Positions 49,551 to 61,772 of a stretch of 64,000 nucleotides of DNA are shown here, piece after piece. Source of the stretch: Macrostomum lignano (lineage: Eukaryota); assembly GCA_002269645.1 (NCBI GenBank), contig NIVC01000834.1, positions 371,649-435,648 of the forward strand, in the 5' to 3' direction. The position numbers and the translations under genes are program-made. The notes beneath the pieces were generated by a model. The model was not told where the DNA came from and did not search any database. It saw only the letters and a program-made list of their open reading frames with translations. How positions within the stretch are numbered: position 1 is the first letter of the stretch; each line of letters starts with the position of its first letter.

Positions 49551-49930
49551 CAAGGGAAGACGAGGAAGAGTCTAGCTACTGCAGGGAAGGTGGGGGAATT
49601 GGGAAGGGAATTAAAAAAGGGGAGAGAACAGACCGCGCGATACTAGCTATAATTGATTTCCACCCAACCAATAGCTCAGCTCACGACTAATGCTCTGGGC
49701 CGTCTAATCATGGGGTGTGGTTCTTTCAGGGCCTGTACTTCTGTTTACGTCAAACTCAACTGTGTACATTCCTTGTACTCTTGACTACGGCTAGAGAACC
49801 GCGCGGAAGCGCTTGAATTGTTAATGTTCTATTGTTTTTAACTGATAAACTCCTCATAGCAACTGCGGAAGCATTCAATTTCAGTACTGTTCACTAATCG
49901 TTACAATCGAAATTGAATCCAGACTGCACA

Positions 49931-52367
49931 ATGCTCAACATCGGCGGTCCAGTTGGAATCCTAACGATTGTACTGAGAGTTTGTTTGCTAATCTGTAAGT
50001 TTTGCTTTTTGTCTCAAGTTGAAAGATGAGAACAGCGAATTGTCAAATCGAGAAGAACACCTGCAATAGCGTAGCCTCATCCTTACTAGAAGCTATGAAA
50101 AATTGGGGAATACGATAAAATCTTGTTGGCATTTTATAGAGCTTCGGCTCCTGTAATCGATTACAAGTATTGATACGAGACATCTACTAAAGATTATTGA
50201 TTTTGCTTTTCACCTTATCAGGTCCGTCAGATGCGGCTAATTGCTCAACCGTCACCTGTCACAACGGAGGCACCTGCAACAACTTCACAGAAAGCCCTCC
50301 CTGTCTCTGCCCGCTGCCCTACATCGCACCGTACTGCGAATCAGCTGCGGACTACTGCTTCACCCTGCAGCCTGACAAGAACATCACTGAGCTGCCAGTG
50401 TGCCTGAATGGCGGCAACTGCACTTTAACATACACTGATCCGTACTTCAATTGCACTTGCCCGAGTGGAACTTCAGGTGACTAAAATCTTTATGCTCGTG
50501 ACCTTCATGTAAATGTATGCTTTGGACAGCTCAACTAAATTCATAACCGTGCTCGAATGATTTATTTGATTCTCTAACAATTTAAATACTTTGCGTTGCA
50601 AACGAACATGACATAAACAATAAACATTCACATCCAAAACCATCTTATTGTATTGATTGTACACAGGAATCAGATGCTATAATGAAACAGACGCGTCATC
50701 GCCTGTCACAACTGACAGCTCTACTGCCAGTAAGTTTTGTGTATTCATTTATTTAACCGGTTTTCTTTAAATTAACTGTAAGTGGCTTTGACAACAAAAT
50801 TGATCCAAAACTCAATTTCAGCTTCAAGCAGCAGTACTTCGACAACTTTGGCACCAGAAACAACTACCATTACTAATAGTAAGATACTGTTATTTAATAA
50901 TTGGTTCTGTCTTTGTTAACAAGCAGAAGTAGATACTTACCAGGTAGCTAATTGCTGCAAGCTCCCGCAGTTTGGATACCTTTTTTATACGAGAGTACCT
51001 TTGCATTTTCAGCTAACACCTTGACCAGCACGATCAGCAGTACGACAACGGAGAGTTCGACCACACGAAATTCATTGACTAATCGTAAGATATCTACAGC
51101 TGTTGTCTTCAATTATGATTTTCTTGTTAAATTGCATTTAATATTAGCATATTTTTGTGCAATTTCTACAGCCACCAACGTGAGTGCGGCTGGTATTGCT
51201 GGCATAACAGTTGGTGCCATTGCTTTCATTGGACTTTTGATTTTAACCATTTACCTGGTGTACCGAAGGCCTAAACGGTTAACGAAAGTTTTTCCATGTT
51301 GCAATCCGGTAAGTTCCAATCCTGCTTGGCACACTTTTATTTCCTTTTTGTGAAGTTCCGAAGGAGGCATTTAGAAGTAATTGAATTAAATTAGACTGTG
51401 AGATGAGGAAGCTCACGTTTTAAATCTTCCGTTAGCTTTGGCATTGGAGTGAATGGGTGCTTGAATTAAATGCAATGACGAGCTGATGTGAATCGAACCC
51501 TGGCCACTTCAGCAGCAAGATTTAAATTAGGTTAATAATAATGATACACTCGTAATAATGATTGATTACACCTGTCCTAATGGGCAGATGGGCAACCGAC
51601 AGCTCAGCCGCAGCTATTGCGTACGGCTGTTCACTCCAAGGACTGGGGGGAGGGGGGGGGTCGCCACACACAACCCTCAATTACCCCAGCTAATGCTGGC
51701 ACCCATTTTATAGCTGGTTGAAGTGAAGTAGTGCAGAGTTAAGAGTCTTGCTCAAGGGCGCAAATTGTTCCGAGTGGGTCAAGAATCGAACCCCCGACCT
51801 TTCAGTCGTGAGTCCGACGCTCTAAACCACTAGGCTACAACCCTAGGCAAATGAAGCAGGTGTGTGTTTTCTGAGATGCAGTCGCATGTCTTTTAGCTAT
51901 TTTTGTGAGATGCTACCAGAGACCTTGCTTTTTTGACGAGATTTTGACAGTTCCTGTCTAGAAATGCTTTTAGAAATAAAACTGTATTTAAATTGTTGCC
52001 ACAGCTCCAAAACAAAATTTTCTGAATGTTTTTTCTTGACAAACCGATGAGTGCAACTGAAACCTCGAAGGAAACACATACTGGCTTTAGTTGCAATTTG
52101 AAAAGTCCATAAGGTAGGATATTGGCAGTTTTATGTCAAAGAAATGGCACGGCAAAATTGGCACTATTTGCGAGTGAAGTGTCTTTCTGATTTATAGTTG
52201 AGGCTATTTCACGTGCCTTAGAATTGTTAAATCAGTTTTGGAACCTTTGGAACTACGAGTTGTTTACTAATTGCGTGCTACTTGCAAAAAAACTTTTTTA
52301 TCGCTAAATCTTAATATCAAACTTTCAGAAAGCATATGCAGGTAAAAATCCAACCAGTTGCAAGTAA
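49931..52367 (+). CDS. Type-I membrane protein with 2 EGF-like domains and a Ser/Thr mucin-like stalk (paralog B)
   Basis: Exons 49931-49994, 50222-50476 (EGF x2), 50667-50729, 50822-50878, 51013-51084 (S/T-rich), 51172-51308 (TM GIAGITVGAIAFIGLLILTIYLVY + RRPKR..CC), 52329-52367 (last exon uncertain). Confidence 0.75.
51550..51840 (-). mobile_element. tRNA-derived SINE in the last intron of EGF paralog B
   Basis: Minus-strand head GTTGTAGCCTAGTGGTTTAGAGCG (A box) ... GGGGTTCGATTC (B box); central TATAAAATGGGTGCCAG block shared with 1-95; (ATT)n-like tail; no TSD found. Confidence 0.75.
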
Positions 52368-54169
52368 CAAAACACCTTCTGCTTGTAGGGTTCACTTCAC
52401 GACACACAAAATAGCGTCTTTAGGAAAGGAAAAGCCATGTTCATTTCATACTTGTAAACTAATTTTGGACGTTCTCAGCAACTGTCACATTCCGATAGCA
52501 ACTTTGTACGCATGCAAGCATATTAGTATAGTCACTTTGGTCAATTGGCTACTTTAAACAAATAAAAGATTTTGTTTATATTAATGAAGCGAACAGTTTC
52601 TAAGACAAATCGTATAAACCCACAAAATTTCGACACAAAAATTTCAGAAAATCTGCCCAACGGCTCAGCAGCAACTTGCTGAGTCCGGCCCGGACTTTGG
52701 CCGCACTCTCAAATCCGATGGAAGCTTAGACGGCGGTCTCAGCCCGGGTCCGAGTCAGCAGAATGATTCTTATCAACATTCGAATCCGCAATTCGCATAA
52801 GTGCTGGGAAGACTGAGCCGACTCCATGTTGTCATTTGCAAGTTTATCAACGAAGAACTGTAACTACGGGTCCCGTAATTTGATCATTGGTTATGGGTAT
52901 TTGAAAGGTTGTCATTGCATCCGGGTTGTGCTTTTATATAAACTTGTTTGCAATGCTACCAACGGATTTTTATCAAAGTTCAAAAAGCTTTAAAAATGCT
53001 TTGCACTCACATATCACAGATTCCCCAGCTTCATCACTCAAGCCTTAAAACTTTGTTCCCATAATCTCGCCAAAAACTATTTATTCCTTTTGACACCATG
53101 ATTTTCTTCCTCTTATATTTTAAAAAAACTTGTCTCTTTTAAAGATTTGTACTAACTAGATGTACTTTCATTTTTTCGTAAGTTCATCGGTTGTGTAAAA
53201 ATGGAGTCGATGACTCCCGGTGAACACAAACCTGCATGGTGTTTGTCTTACTCGTGGCTTGTCCATTTGATCTGATTATGTCGCATGTGTGTTGTAATAT
53301 TAATTTTATTATGCCTTTTTATGCATGCTTTTGACACTATACTACTATACCTAATTGCTTGATACGGACTTGTAAGACTTTTTATTTCATAGTCCTAAAG
53401 GCAAGTTACTTATTTCTAAGAAAACCTTGCAAAGCGTCTTCTTACTTCTGTTGGCCATGGCACTGTAATGTACATATTACTATACATGTCGTAAGTTTGT
53501 TTTCTGTACAAGTTCTGTTGTACAAAAAGCAAATATATTTACGCGAATGCTTTTAGAAATGAACGGATCTTATCCCTATGCTCAATGTTACTGGGCCTAT
53601 AATCGACTTGTGTCGATTTGATAGCTTTACACTTTTGTTGCTGTTAGGGTATACGAGTATATTGTATAGTCATTGACGTATACAGTAAATACACAGTATT
53701 TGTCTTTTCAGAAGTTTTTCATATTGTTGATTATTTATGCCAAACATTTACGCTTAACGCAATTTTCAAAAAGCTAAAAGCAATATGTTTGTTCGAAATT
53801 TCCCTGTCCACTATCATTAAGAAATCATCGAGGAGCTGTGTGAAACTGACATCAGATACAGGAGGTATATTTTATAGATATGAATCTATAAGTTTAGCAG
53901 GCACTTTGTCAAGCCGCTCCATGTATTTGATCCATATAGGTGCATCGTTCTAGTGAAATCTGGAACACTACTGAGTAGCTCAAGGTAGCTGATTAAAACC
54001 TGTGTGTGTTTTAGTGCTGTTGTGCAGACTCAATGAGCTGATCTGAACAATCTTTACAATCTTAATAATCTCGCTACTTATACTAGTGGGTCGGCCCTCA
54101 GGTTCATTTAAACTTCACAGATAGCAATTCGGCCCGCTCAAGGGTGGTGTCTTTTCTTAGCTCTCTTCT

Positions 54170-54530
54170 TTAATCTCCTTTTCCTCTTTCCTCTCCTCTC
54201 CTCCCTCCTCTCTCCTCTCCTCTCCTCTTTCGTCTCCTCTCCTCTCTCCTCTCTCTTCTCTCCTCTCCTCTTTCCTCTCCTCTCCTCCCTCCTCTCTCCT
54301 CTCCTCTCCTCTTTCCTCTCCTCTCCTCCCTCCTCTCTCCTCTCCTCTCCTCTTTCCTCTCTCCTCTCCTCTCCTCTTTCCTCTCCTCTCCTCCCTCCTC
54401 TCTCCTCTCCTCTCCTCTCTTCACTCTCCTCCCCTCCAATATCCTCTCTAACTTCTCTCATCTACCTACTCTCCTCCCCATTCTCTTCTCTCCTCTCCTC
54501 TTTTTTCTGTTTCATCTCCTCTCTCCCCTA
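54170..54530. repeat. Polypyrimidine (CTCTC/CTCCT)n tract
   Basis: Directly visible; source of the Glu/Arg/Gly 'ORFs' on the minus strand. Confidence 0.95.
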
Positions 54531-57287
54531 ATCAGGCCCGCTGTCATGCGCTAGATTCACCATCTGGCCCTGGAGACAAAGAGTTTGTTAACCGATGCCT
54601 TAGGCAATAAAACAACTCAAGGTCAAAATTATAAAAGCTTTCACTGGACGCGACTCAAGGCCAGAACATAAACACAGGTCGGTTCGCCGACCCAATCCGC
54701 GGAGCCGGTGACGAAACGCCGAGAGCGCGCCTGTCGTTGCCGGTAGGGTGCTTGCAGAAGGACTACTATGAGCATATCAGAAGACGCTACACTTGTGATT
54801 CGTAGAAAACTTTTTTGGAGGCCGAGTTCTGCATTTTGCCGGTCACTTGTGCAGGACGAGTGTCTGAATTCTAAGAGTGTTTAATGATTTTAACTCTTTT
54901 GAGGTTAATTATATGTCGCTAATGCAGTGCAAAGGCAAAGCACTGTGAGTTCCGTTCTAGCTGTTTGTTGCTAGCCTTGGTGTTTTTGGTGTGGTGGGCG
55001 CGCGTTTGCTCTCTAATCTCCGCCGTGTACGCGTTTTGCTCACCGCTCACCTGCGTATTAGTGACTGCCATGCACAATGTACATCGTTAAATATCGCTAA
55101 TAAATATCGACTGACTGTCTTTTCTCGCAATTTTGGTCTTACAGCACTAATTCAATTATTTAATAACTTTCGAATTAGACTTGACGTATTTAACTCAAGT
55201 TTTAGGTACAGTTTTGTGCCCACATTGTATACAGTACACGCTATATTAATTTCAAGGAAATAAAAAAACACGTTGTTTGTCTGCTTGGTATTTTTATCAC
55301 AATTCAGCTGAATTTGGACATTATTAGGCAGCACAAAACTACATCACAATAGAGTGACAAGAACGACCCACACAAACTGAAAGTCGACTTAATTATACTT
55401 TCTGACACACCTACTGACCAAAAATGATGTCCATAACATACTTCTGAAGAGTCAGGATCAACATTTGAATGTCGGCTTCCAAAATATTTTCCACTAATCA
55501 CGAGTTTAGCGTCCTGGTATACTGCTAGTGGTCCTTGTGCCTGCAGCGTCTACAGCTGCACTACCTGTACCGGAGTACGACTGAGATGCTTTGGCTGGTC
55601 AGATGGAACTTCCAATGAGCACAATGACCTGGTGCGCCGGATGACCTGGTGATAGCCTCCAAAGTTAATGGCAGTAAACAAAACTGCAAATATTCGAAGT
55701 TTTGAATTTTAAAACTTAAAAATAATTCAATGAGCTATGAGTTATGAGCACTGATTTTTTGAACTGGTAGATTCTAAAAAAATTACAAGGCTGAAGATAT
55801 GAGCCATTGATTAACTGCTCATATCTTTAGCATTATAGAGTTCCAGAGAGACTGCAACTTCGTCCCGTATAGTTTCTCGCAGATTTCAACTTGACAGAGG
55901 ATCGGTGTGGCTTGTTCGTACCCAATGTCGATGGTGTTAAACACGACTGAGTCCACAATGCCCAACGCTCTTCGGACAACGCCTCTGGCATCCAGGTGCA
56001 AGTCTACGAGCTGAACCACAATACGAAGTATCCTCATGAAAAATCTGGTTGCCTTCTTTAGTTGGTTTTATCGATTCCTCGCCTTCTGTCTGCGCTCTCT
56101 TTTCGAAGACAAAAAGCTTGCCAGAAAGTGTTGAGGAATTTTTAGATGGGGAAAGATGTTTTTTGCTAATTTTTCATGCAGGTTGTAGTTTCGGATCAAA
56201 CAAATTTTGATACCACTCAAGAAAAAACTTCATACCACAGTCTTGCCCTATTAGCGCCTGCGGCCCCCAGTCTGTCCAGGAGGACCCGTCGATACGTGGA
56301 CTGCATCCGGAGCGACGCTCAGGACACCAACACTCACTGACACCGTCAGTGGGACAGCCGGACTTTGTTCGCTCGTTGGCGCTTCGGTGTGCCATCTGAC
56401 GCCCCCTCCACTGATTTACTCGTACTGGGCGGACTGCGTAGTTTTGCTGTTGTGGCCGAAAGCACAATTACGTCAACGAACTAGCTGGGTACAGTTAAGC
56501 AAAGTGCAGCAACACTTGAACAAAAAAGAAGAATGAAACAACACCAACAGGCACTCATACGTCGCTCAAATTCGAGCTAACGCAAAGTCTTAGCAAACGA
56601 ATAAGAACTCATTTCTACCTCTGCAAAGTGCCCCCTCAGTCTATCCCAGCGCGGCATTGTGTAGGAGAGACTGATTAAGTTTGCCAGATTTTTATCTCGT
56701 AGCAAAAACAGAAAAAATAACAAGAAATAACAGAACTGTACGGTCATACGTACGCGCACTTTTCCCTACCCCTTGGACTCGCATGCTTAGCTATTTTATT
56801 TTTTTAGATTATTTTACAGCTTCATTTCTTAACAGGATCGCCCCTATCTACACAATAGTGCTGAGACGGCGTTTAAGCAAAATTACACTGCAGCAAAATG
56901 AGTCGGAGGGGTGCCAGAAAAAAAATTGGTTAAGATTTTGTTAAGATCATGCCAGAGAATCAGACACTCAACGTCAGTTCTTTCATAGAAGTACTCCGTC
57001 TCTACCCTTCTGTCTCTATCTAGTCTAGCTAAGTGTGTATACCTTTGATTCACTGGTACTCAACGTGAAGTAGCCAATAGTATGCCTGCACAGAAATAAA
57101 TGGGGTGATATATCTTTGTCTTGTCAGGTAAGAACATACTTGTAGGTTCTTAGTTTAGCTACTAGTTTAAACTAATATGTATCTATTCGATGTAAAATAT
57201 CACTAAAGCGATTGGAATGAGTCTGGAATACAACTTACCCAATGAAGTAAGTACGCTTATAATGAGAAATGTCTAAAATGTTTAATT

Positions 57288-60200
57288 TTGCTTACTATCT
57301 TCCATCCATTTAACAAAACATCTGTTGACGTTTCCACCCTCAAAAAGGGCCCAAACGTCGATCCCGACTCCACTGCCGATACCCTGTGCAGACTTGCTCA
57401 AAAAGGTGATCACACGCAACTTTTGCGTCGGATTACTTTCGACAACTGCGGAGCACAGAGACTGAGCGATGGCCTGACACCTCTGATTTGCGCTGCAAAT
57501 GCGACCAGAAGGCCAACTGAAAGCCACAGCATCTGCGCCGAGCTTATCTTGCAGAAAGCGGAAAATCCAGAAGCCAGAAATAATCTGGCCAATGCGAGGG
57601 ACCTCTCGGGCCAGTCCTGTCTACACCACGCTGCAGCGTCAGACAATGTGCAAGTTCTGGAGGCGGCACTGCGAGCAGGGGCGCAAGTGAATGCACTGGA
57701 CAAGTCTGGCCACTCTGCTCTCTACATGGCCGTCCAGCGAGTAAACAGAAACGCTGCAAACCTGCTGCTAAAAGCGGGCGCTGATCAAAGCCACGGCGGC
57801 GGAGAAGGTCAGAGTCCCGCGGAGCTGCTGGCCAATCAGGAAGCGGAAGTTCAGAAACTGCGAGAAGCCTTCAAAGGTCCCGAGAGCATTCACAAATTCT
57901 TCAATCGAGAAGAAAGGAGTGCAGAGCTATTGATCCCGTTACTGCAGTCAGTGATGGAGCGTCAGTCAACTGACGTATCATCGGAGCGTCTACTGAAACT
58001 TGTAGTAGACAAGATCAACGAGACAAAGTACATCCTTAAACGGTAATTAATTGCTTAGGTAATACTCGTATCTTTCTTAATTGATTAAAAGCCTGGCGTC
58101 TCAGAGAGATAGTAGCATACGCTCGTATAAATGGATTACTCTATCCGACCTTTCCGTGTTTTAGGCTGGAGAGTAGGTTTCAGGGACTTGCATGGTGGAC
58201 TGCGAGAGCCGGATAGCCAGAGATCACTGGCCCAGATCGATGAGGGAAAGGCTCTATAGGCTGCTAAGATGCTGCCAAGATGCATTTGCTGATCTTCGGG
58301 CCGCTGTAGGGGACTAAATGGAGGCTGCCACTCACGGAAAATCACGGGGCGTCATTTTCCTCTCTATCGAGGCAGGGAGCCCCGCCCTGATGATTGGGAG
58401 TGCTGAGCTGGCTGGAGAGTTGCCTATAGCCGAAGATGGGACTCTGCTTGAACGTTCATCGGGAGTCTGACACTCCAAATAGAGGACTTTTCAGCAGGGG
58501 ATACTTTGTGACTGTTTCTGACAAAAATTCCAGTAAAATACATGTACCAGTCTGCTAAAATACTACTTCGTAAGAGTAGCGTGAGGATGTGTGAACTCTA
58601 TATGGCTCCAGTTGCTCAGTGTGAGAAGAGTCCTACATCAGGGGATTGCGATACTTTTAGCTAACAGATCTACATGTATATTTGCTACTATAGAGTACTC
58701 TCAGGCGCCTTTTCAAGCCTACCCCAACCTCCTCATGCCTCACTGCACTAGGGAGAGGCTTATCAATTAAGTCATTCTCTGAATTGAGGGAATTCAAATG
58801 AAGGATTTAACAATTCAGGCAAAAAAGCGGAATGCAAAAGATTTCGTGCTAATAAAGTGGGTGTTAGAAAATCAAGAAATAGAAGGAGTCCGAGCAAGGG
58901 TGATCACGCAGATAGGGTGTGATTATAACAGTTTTTTATTCCTGCTATCTGCTCACAAGCCAGAAATAATTTTATAACACACCGGCCTCTAAGGGCCCAA
59001 ATATGAGTGTGATGTATGAGTCTCCGAATCTCTGTGCCGCAAAATTACTCAAGGCAAGCAATCTGGTTTAGTTGGCAAAATGAAGAGCTATGCATAGGTT
59101 GAGCGGGCCAGGGTTATCACTCGAGCAGCTTTCTCTGTCCCGTTGTTAGGCAATCATATCACCCCCCCCGAAGCATTGCTGCGAGTCTACTGTGTCACGC
59201 GTTCGCAGGCTGCTGACTTGGCTTTCGAACCTCAGCTTTGTTATCTGTCCTTTAGTATAGCGCTGATCTGGCTGGATAGCATCGGTCGAGGCGAGAGGAG
59301 GCCGTTGTTTTTTCGCTTCGATGTAAGCACAATTCCAGTGCTTACAGTAATAACCTACCATCAGGCTCCTGCGTGTGCAGTTGAGTGAAAGATAGAATTT
59401 GGGAAACCACTTACGTGAATGAGAACTAACAGTAGTCACAAGAGAGAATGGAAATTGGCAGGGAAAAGGGCGAGCAATTGGGAGATGGGTGAGCAGTTAG
59501 GGGTGCGCGGGGGAAAAGAGTGAGCATTTTTATGGGTAGAAATGGTAGGAATAATAAGAGAGAGAAAAGGGTGAGAGAAGTAATTAATATGAGTGAGAAG
59601 GGACCGCATTGTGCAATTTTTATGTGGAGAAAGGAAAAGGGGAAAGCGTTTAGAATGCGGGGAAAAACAAAGGAACTAAGAGGTAGTTAAATTAAGACAG
59701 AGGCGCGAGACTACACGGACAGCCGCAGGTACAGTCACGGAGTGATGGCGAGTGCTATGGCGGAAGACAGCGGCGAGGTGGGGAGTTGAGCCCAACCCGA
59801 ACGCGAAACCCCCCGTCACCGAAACCCAGACCGTGGTTATAACAATATCATTCATAGATCGAATAGAAACTACTGAGAGAGGGCGAGCACCTCTCAGTCT
59901 CGGTGAGCCCATGCCCCAGTCACCGGTGCTGGTGGCAGACTGGCGATGGTCTTGTATGTACATGTGCAAGCCAGAAATTAACTTCGAAATATGAAAATTC
60001 CAAAATAGAATAATGCCATTTCCGACAGTCACAAATATCCCCAGTTTTTCCATATTGGTCATCCTACTCGTATTGCATCTGAAATTTTACAGGTGGCTTC
60101 CGAATCCGATTACGGCCGATTTCAAAGAGGTTTCGAAGAGGAGGCGAAAAAGCTTCGCAAGTGGAAATTACTGCAATATGTACACAACTGAAATGGAGCC

Positions 60201-61221
60201 ACCAGGTTTGCCAGTTGTTGTCCGAGTTCTCAAGAACGTCAAGAACACGGAGATATTTAAGCAGGAAAAGCGCGGCTTGGAGGCGCTGAAGAAGACAAAA
60301 CATCGCAACATCGTCCAGTTTCTGTCGGCCAATGTCAGCGAGAGAGAATTCGAAATCTTTCTCGAGAAGATTGAAGGAAAAACAATGAAGCAACACCTTG
60401 AAGTCAGTGGACCTCTCCCAGAGTCAACGATACGTCGTTACTTCCGTCAGGTAAAAAACAGCTTTACTGTTGAATTCCGCCTGTACAGCAATTCGACGTC
60501 GCTGGCAAAAAAGAAAATAGGTACTTCTACATTACAGCGAAGTTTGGTCGACGCATAACGTCGTAACCTGTCACCGTAATGTGCTCATAAAATGACCCAT
60601 TTTGCCAGCAACGTCCATCGACGCCAAGTACTCCTAGGTCGGCGGACGTCGGAATGTTGCGCAGGCCATACTAAAAGAATCTCATTTACGCACACTTTCT
60701 GTTTCTCCTCCTCTTTAGATAGCCAGCGCTCTCTGCTACCTGCACAACCACCCGTTTGGACCAATCATACATAAAGACATTCGATGTGAAAACTTTATGC
60801 TAACTTACGGCGGATTCGTGAAGCTGATTGACTTTGGATTTGCTCTGTTAAGTGGAAGTATGTGGCCCGAGGAACCACTGTCTGGGGACCCTGGTCACAT
60901 GGCACCAGAGCTTTCTGGCAACCGGACCTACACACCATCGTCAGACATTTGGGCAACTGGCTGTGTGCTCTACGACATGTCAATGGGCACAGATCCGTCC
61001 GTGAAATCAGCACCTGATGACGCCGATCTTGATGCTATTCAACTTAATCTTCGCTCTTTTCGTTTTCTTCGCAAGCTGCCAGTGCCACAAATTCAACCAG
61101 CCGAAAAATTTTCCCAAGAGCTGCTTAATCTGCACCAACAGTGCATGGAGACTGAACCGGCTAGAAGGATCAATGCTATCGGAATTTTACTGCACCCATT
61201 CTTGACAAATGTGGATAGCCA
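57288..61221 (+). CDS. Ankyrin-repeat + protein kinase-like domain, module 1
   Basis: Ankyrin exon ending at 58042 (GLTPLICAA, GQSCLHHAA, GHSALYMAV...LLLKAGAD), phase-2 splice to kinase exon 60093-60450, then 60719-61221 (YLH..IIHKDIRCEN..KLIDFG..HMAPE..SDIWATGC). Start uncertain; a candidate first exon is MSLEYNLPNE at about 57219-57246. Confidence 0.8.
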
Positions 61222-61772
61222 GTAAGTTTCTCGGTACCCTGAGCAAACTAATTCGTGTATTTTTTCATGAATTAATCGTGAATGCATAAATATTTAGCAG
61301 AAATATGATTAACACTATACCAATTTTAGTTGCTTTTATTCAGGTTTGACAAAACAAAGCTACGTGTAAATAGTACATTGTTGCTACAATTGTCAACGTT
61401 TTCTGTAATTTTTTCATGATTGCATACAGTAGAGAACAAACAAATGACTTTTATCGGTCAATGACCATCTCGCCCAAAGTACGGTAAAAAACTAGATGGT
61501 TTGTTCTGCTGGTGTAGAGCCACCTTTGAAATAATCTAAGTTTAGCTCCCATAAGAAAAATGTACATCGTGCAGTTATGAAATTTTACAATAATGCACCT
61601 TCACGGGATCTGGAACTGCAGATGTTAAAAGCCTACATTTGCGTACTCTGTACATGCAATGATTGTAATGACAGTTTAGGAAATGAGATTAAACGGAAAT
61701 AAAAGAGAAAAAAGCAGAAGGAATCTGTAGGCATTTATATCCACATTCTGCTCGAAATTTGTTGTCTACCAG

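Noticed and set aside
58100-59900. Solo LTR in the long intron of kinase module 1 (TGATTATAACA...TGGTTATAACA)
   Set aside because: No TSD or PBS. Likely an insertion, since the equivalent module-2 intron is only about 130 bp, but it cannot be classified.
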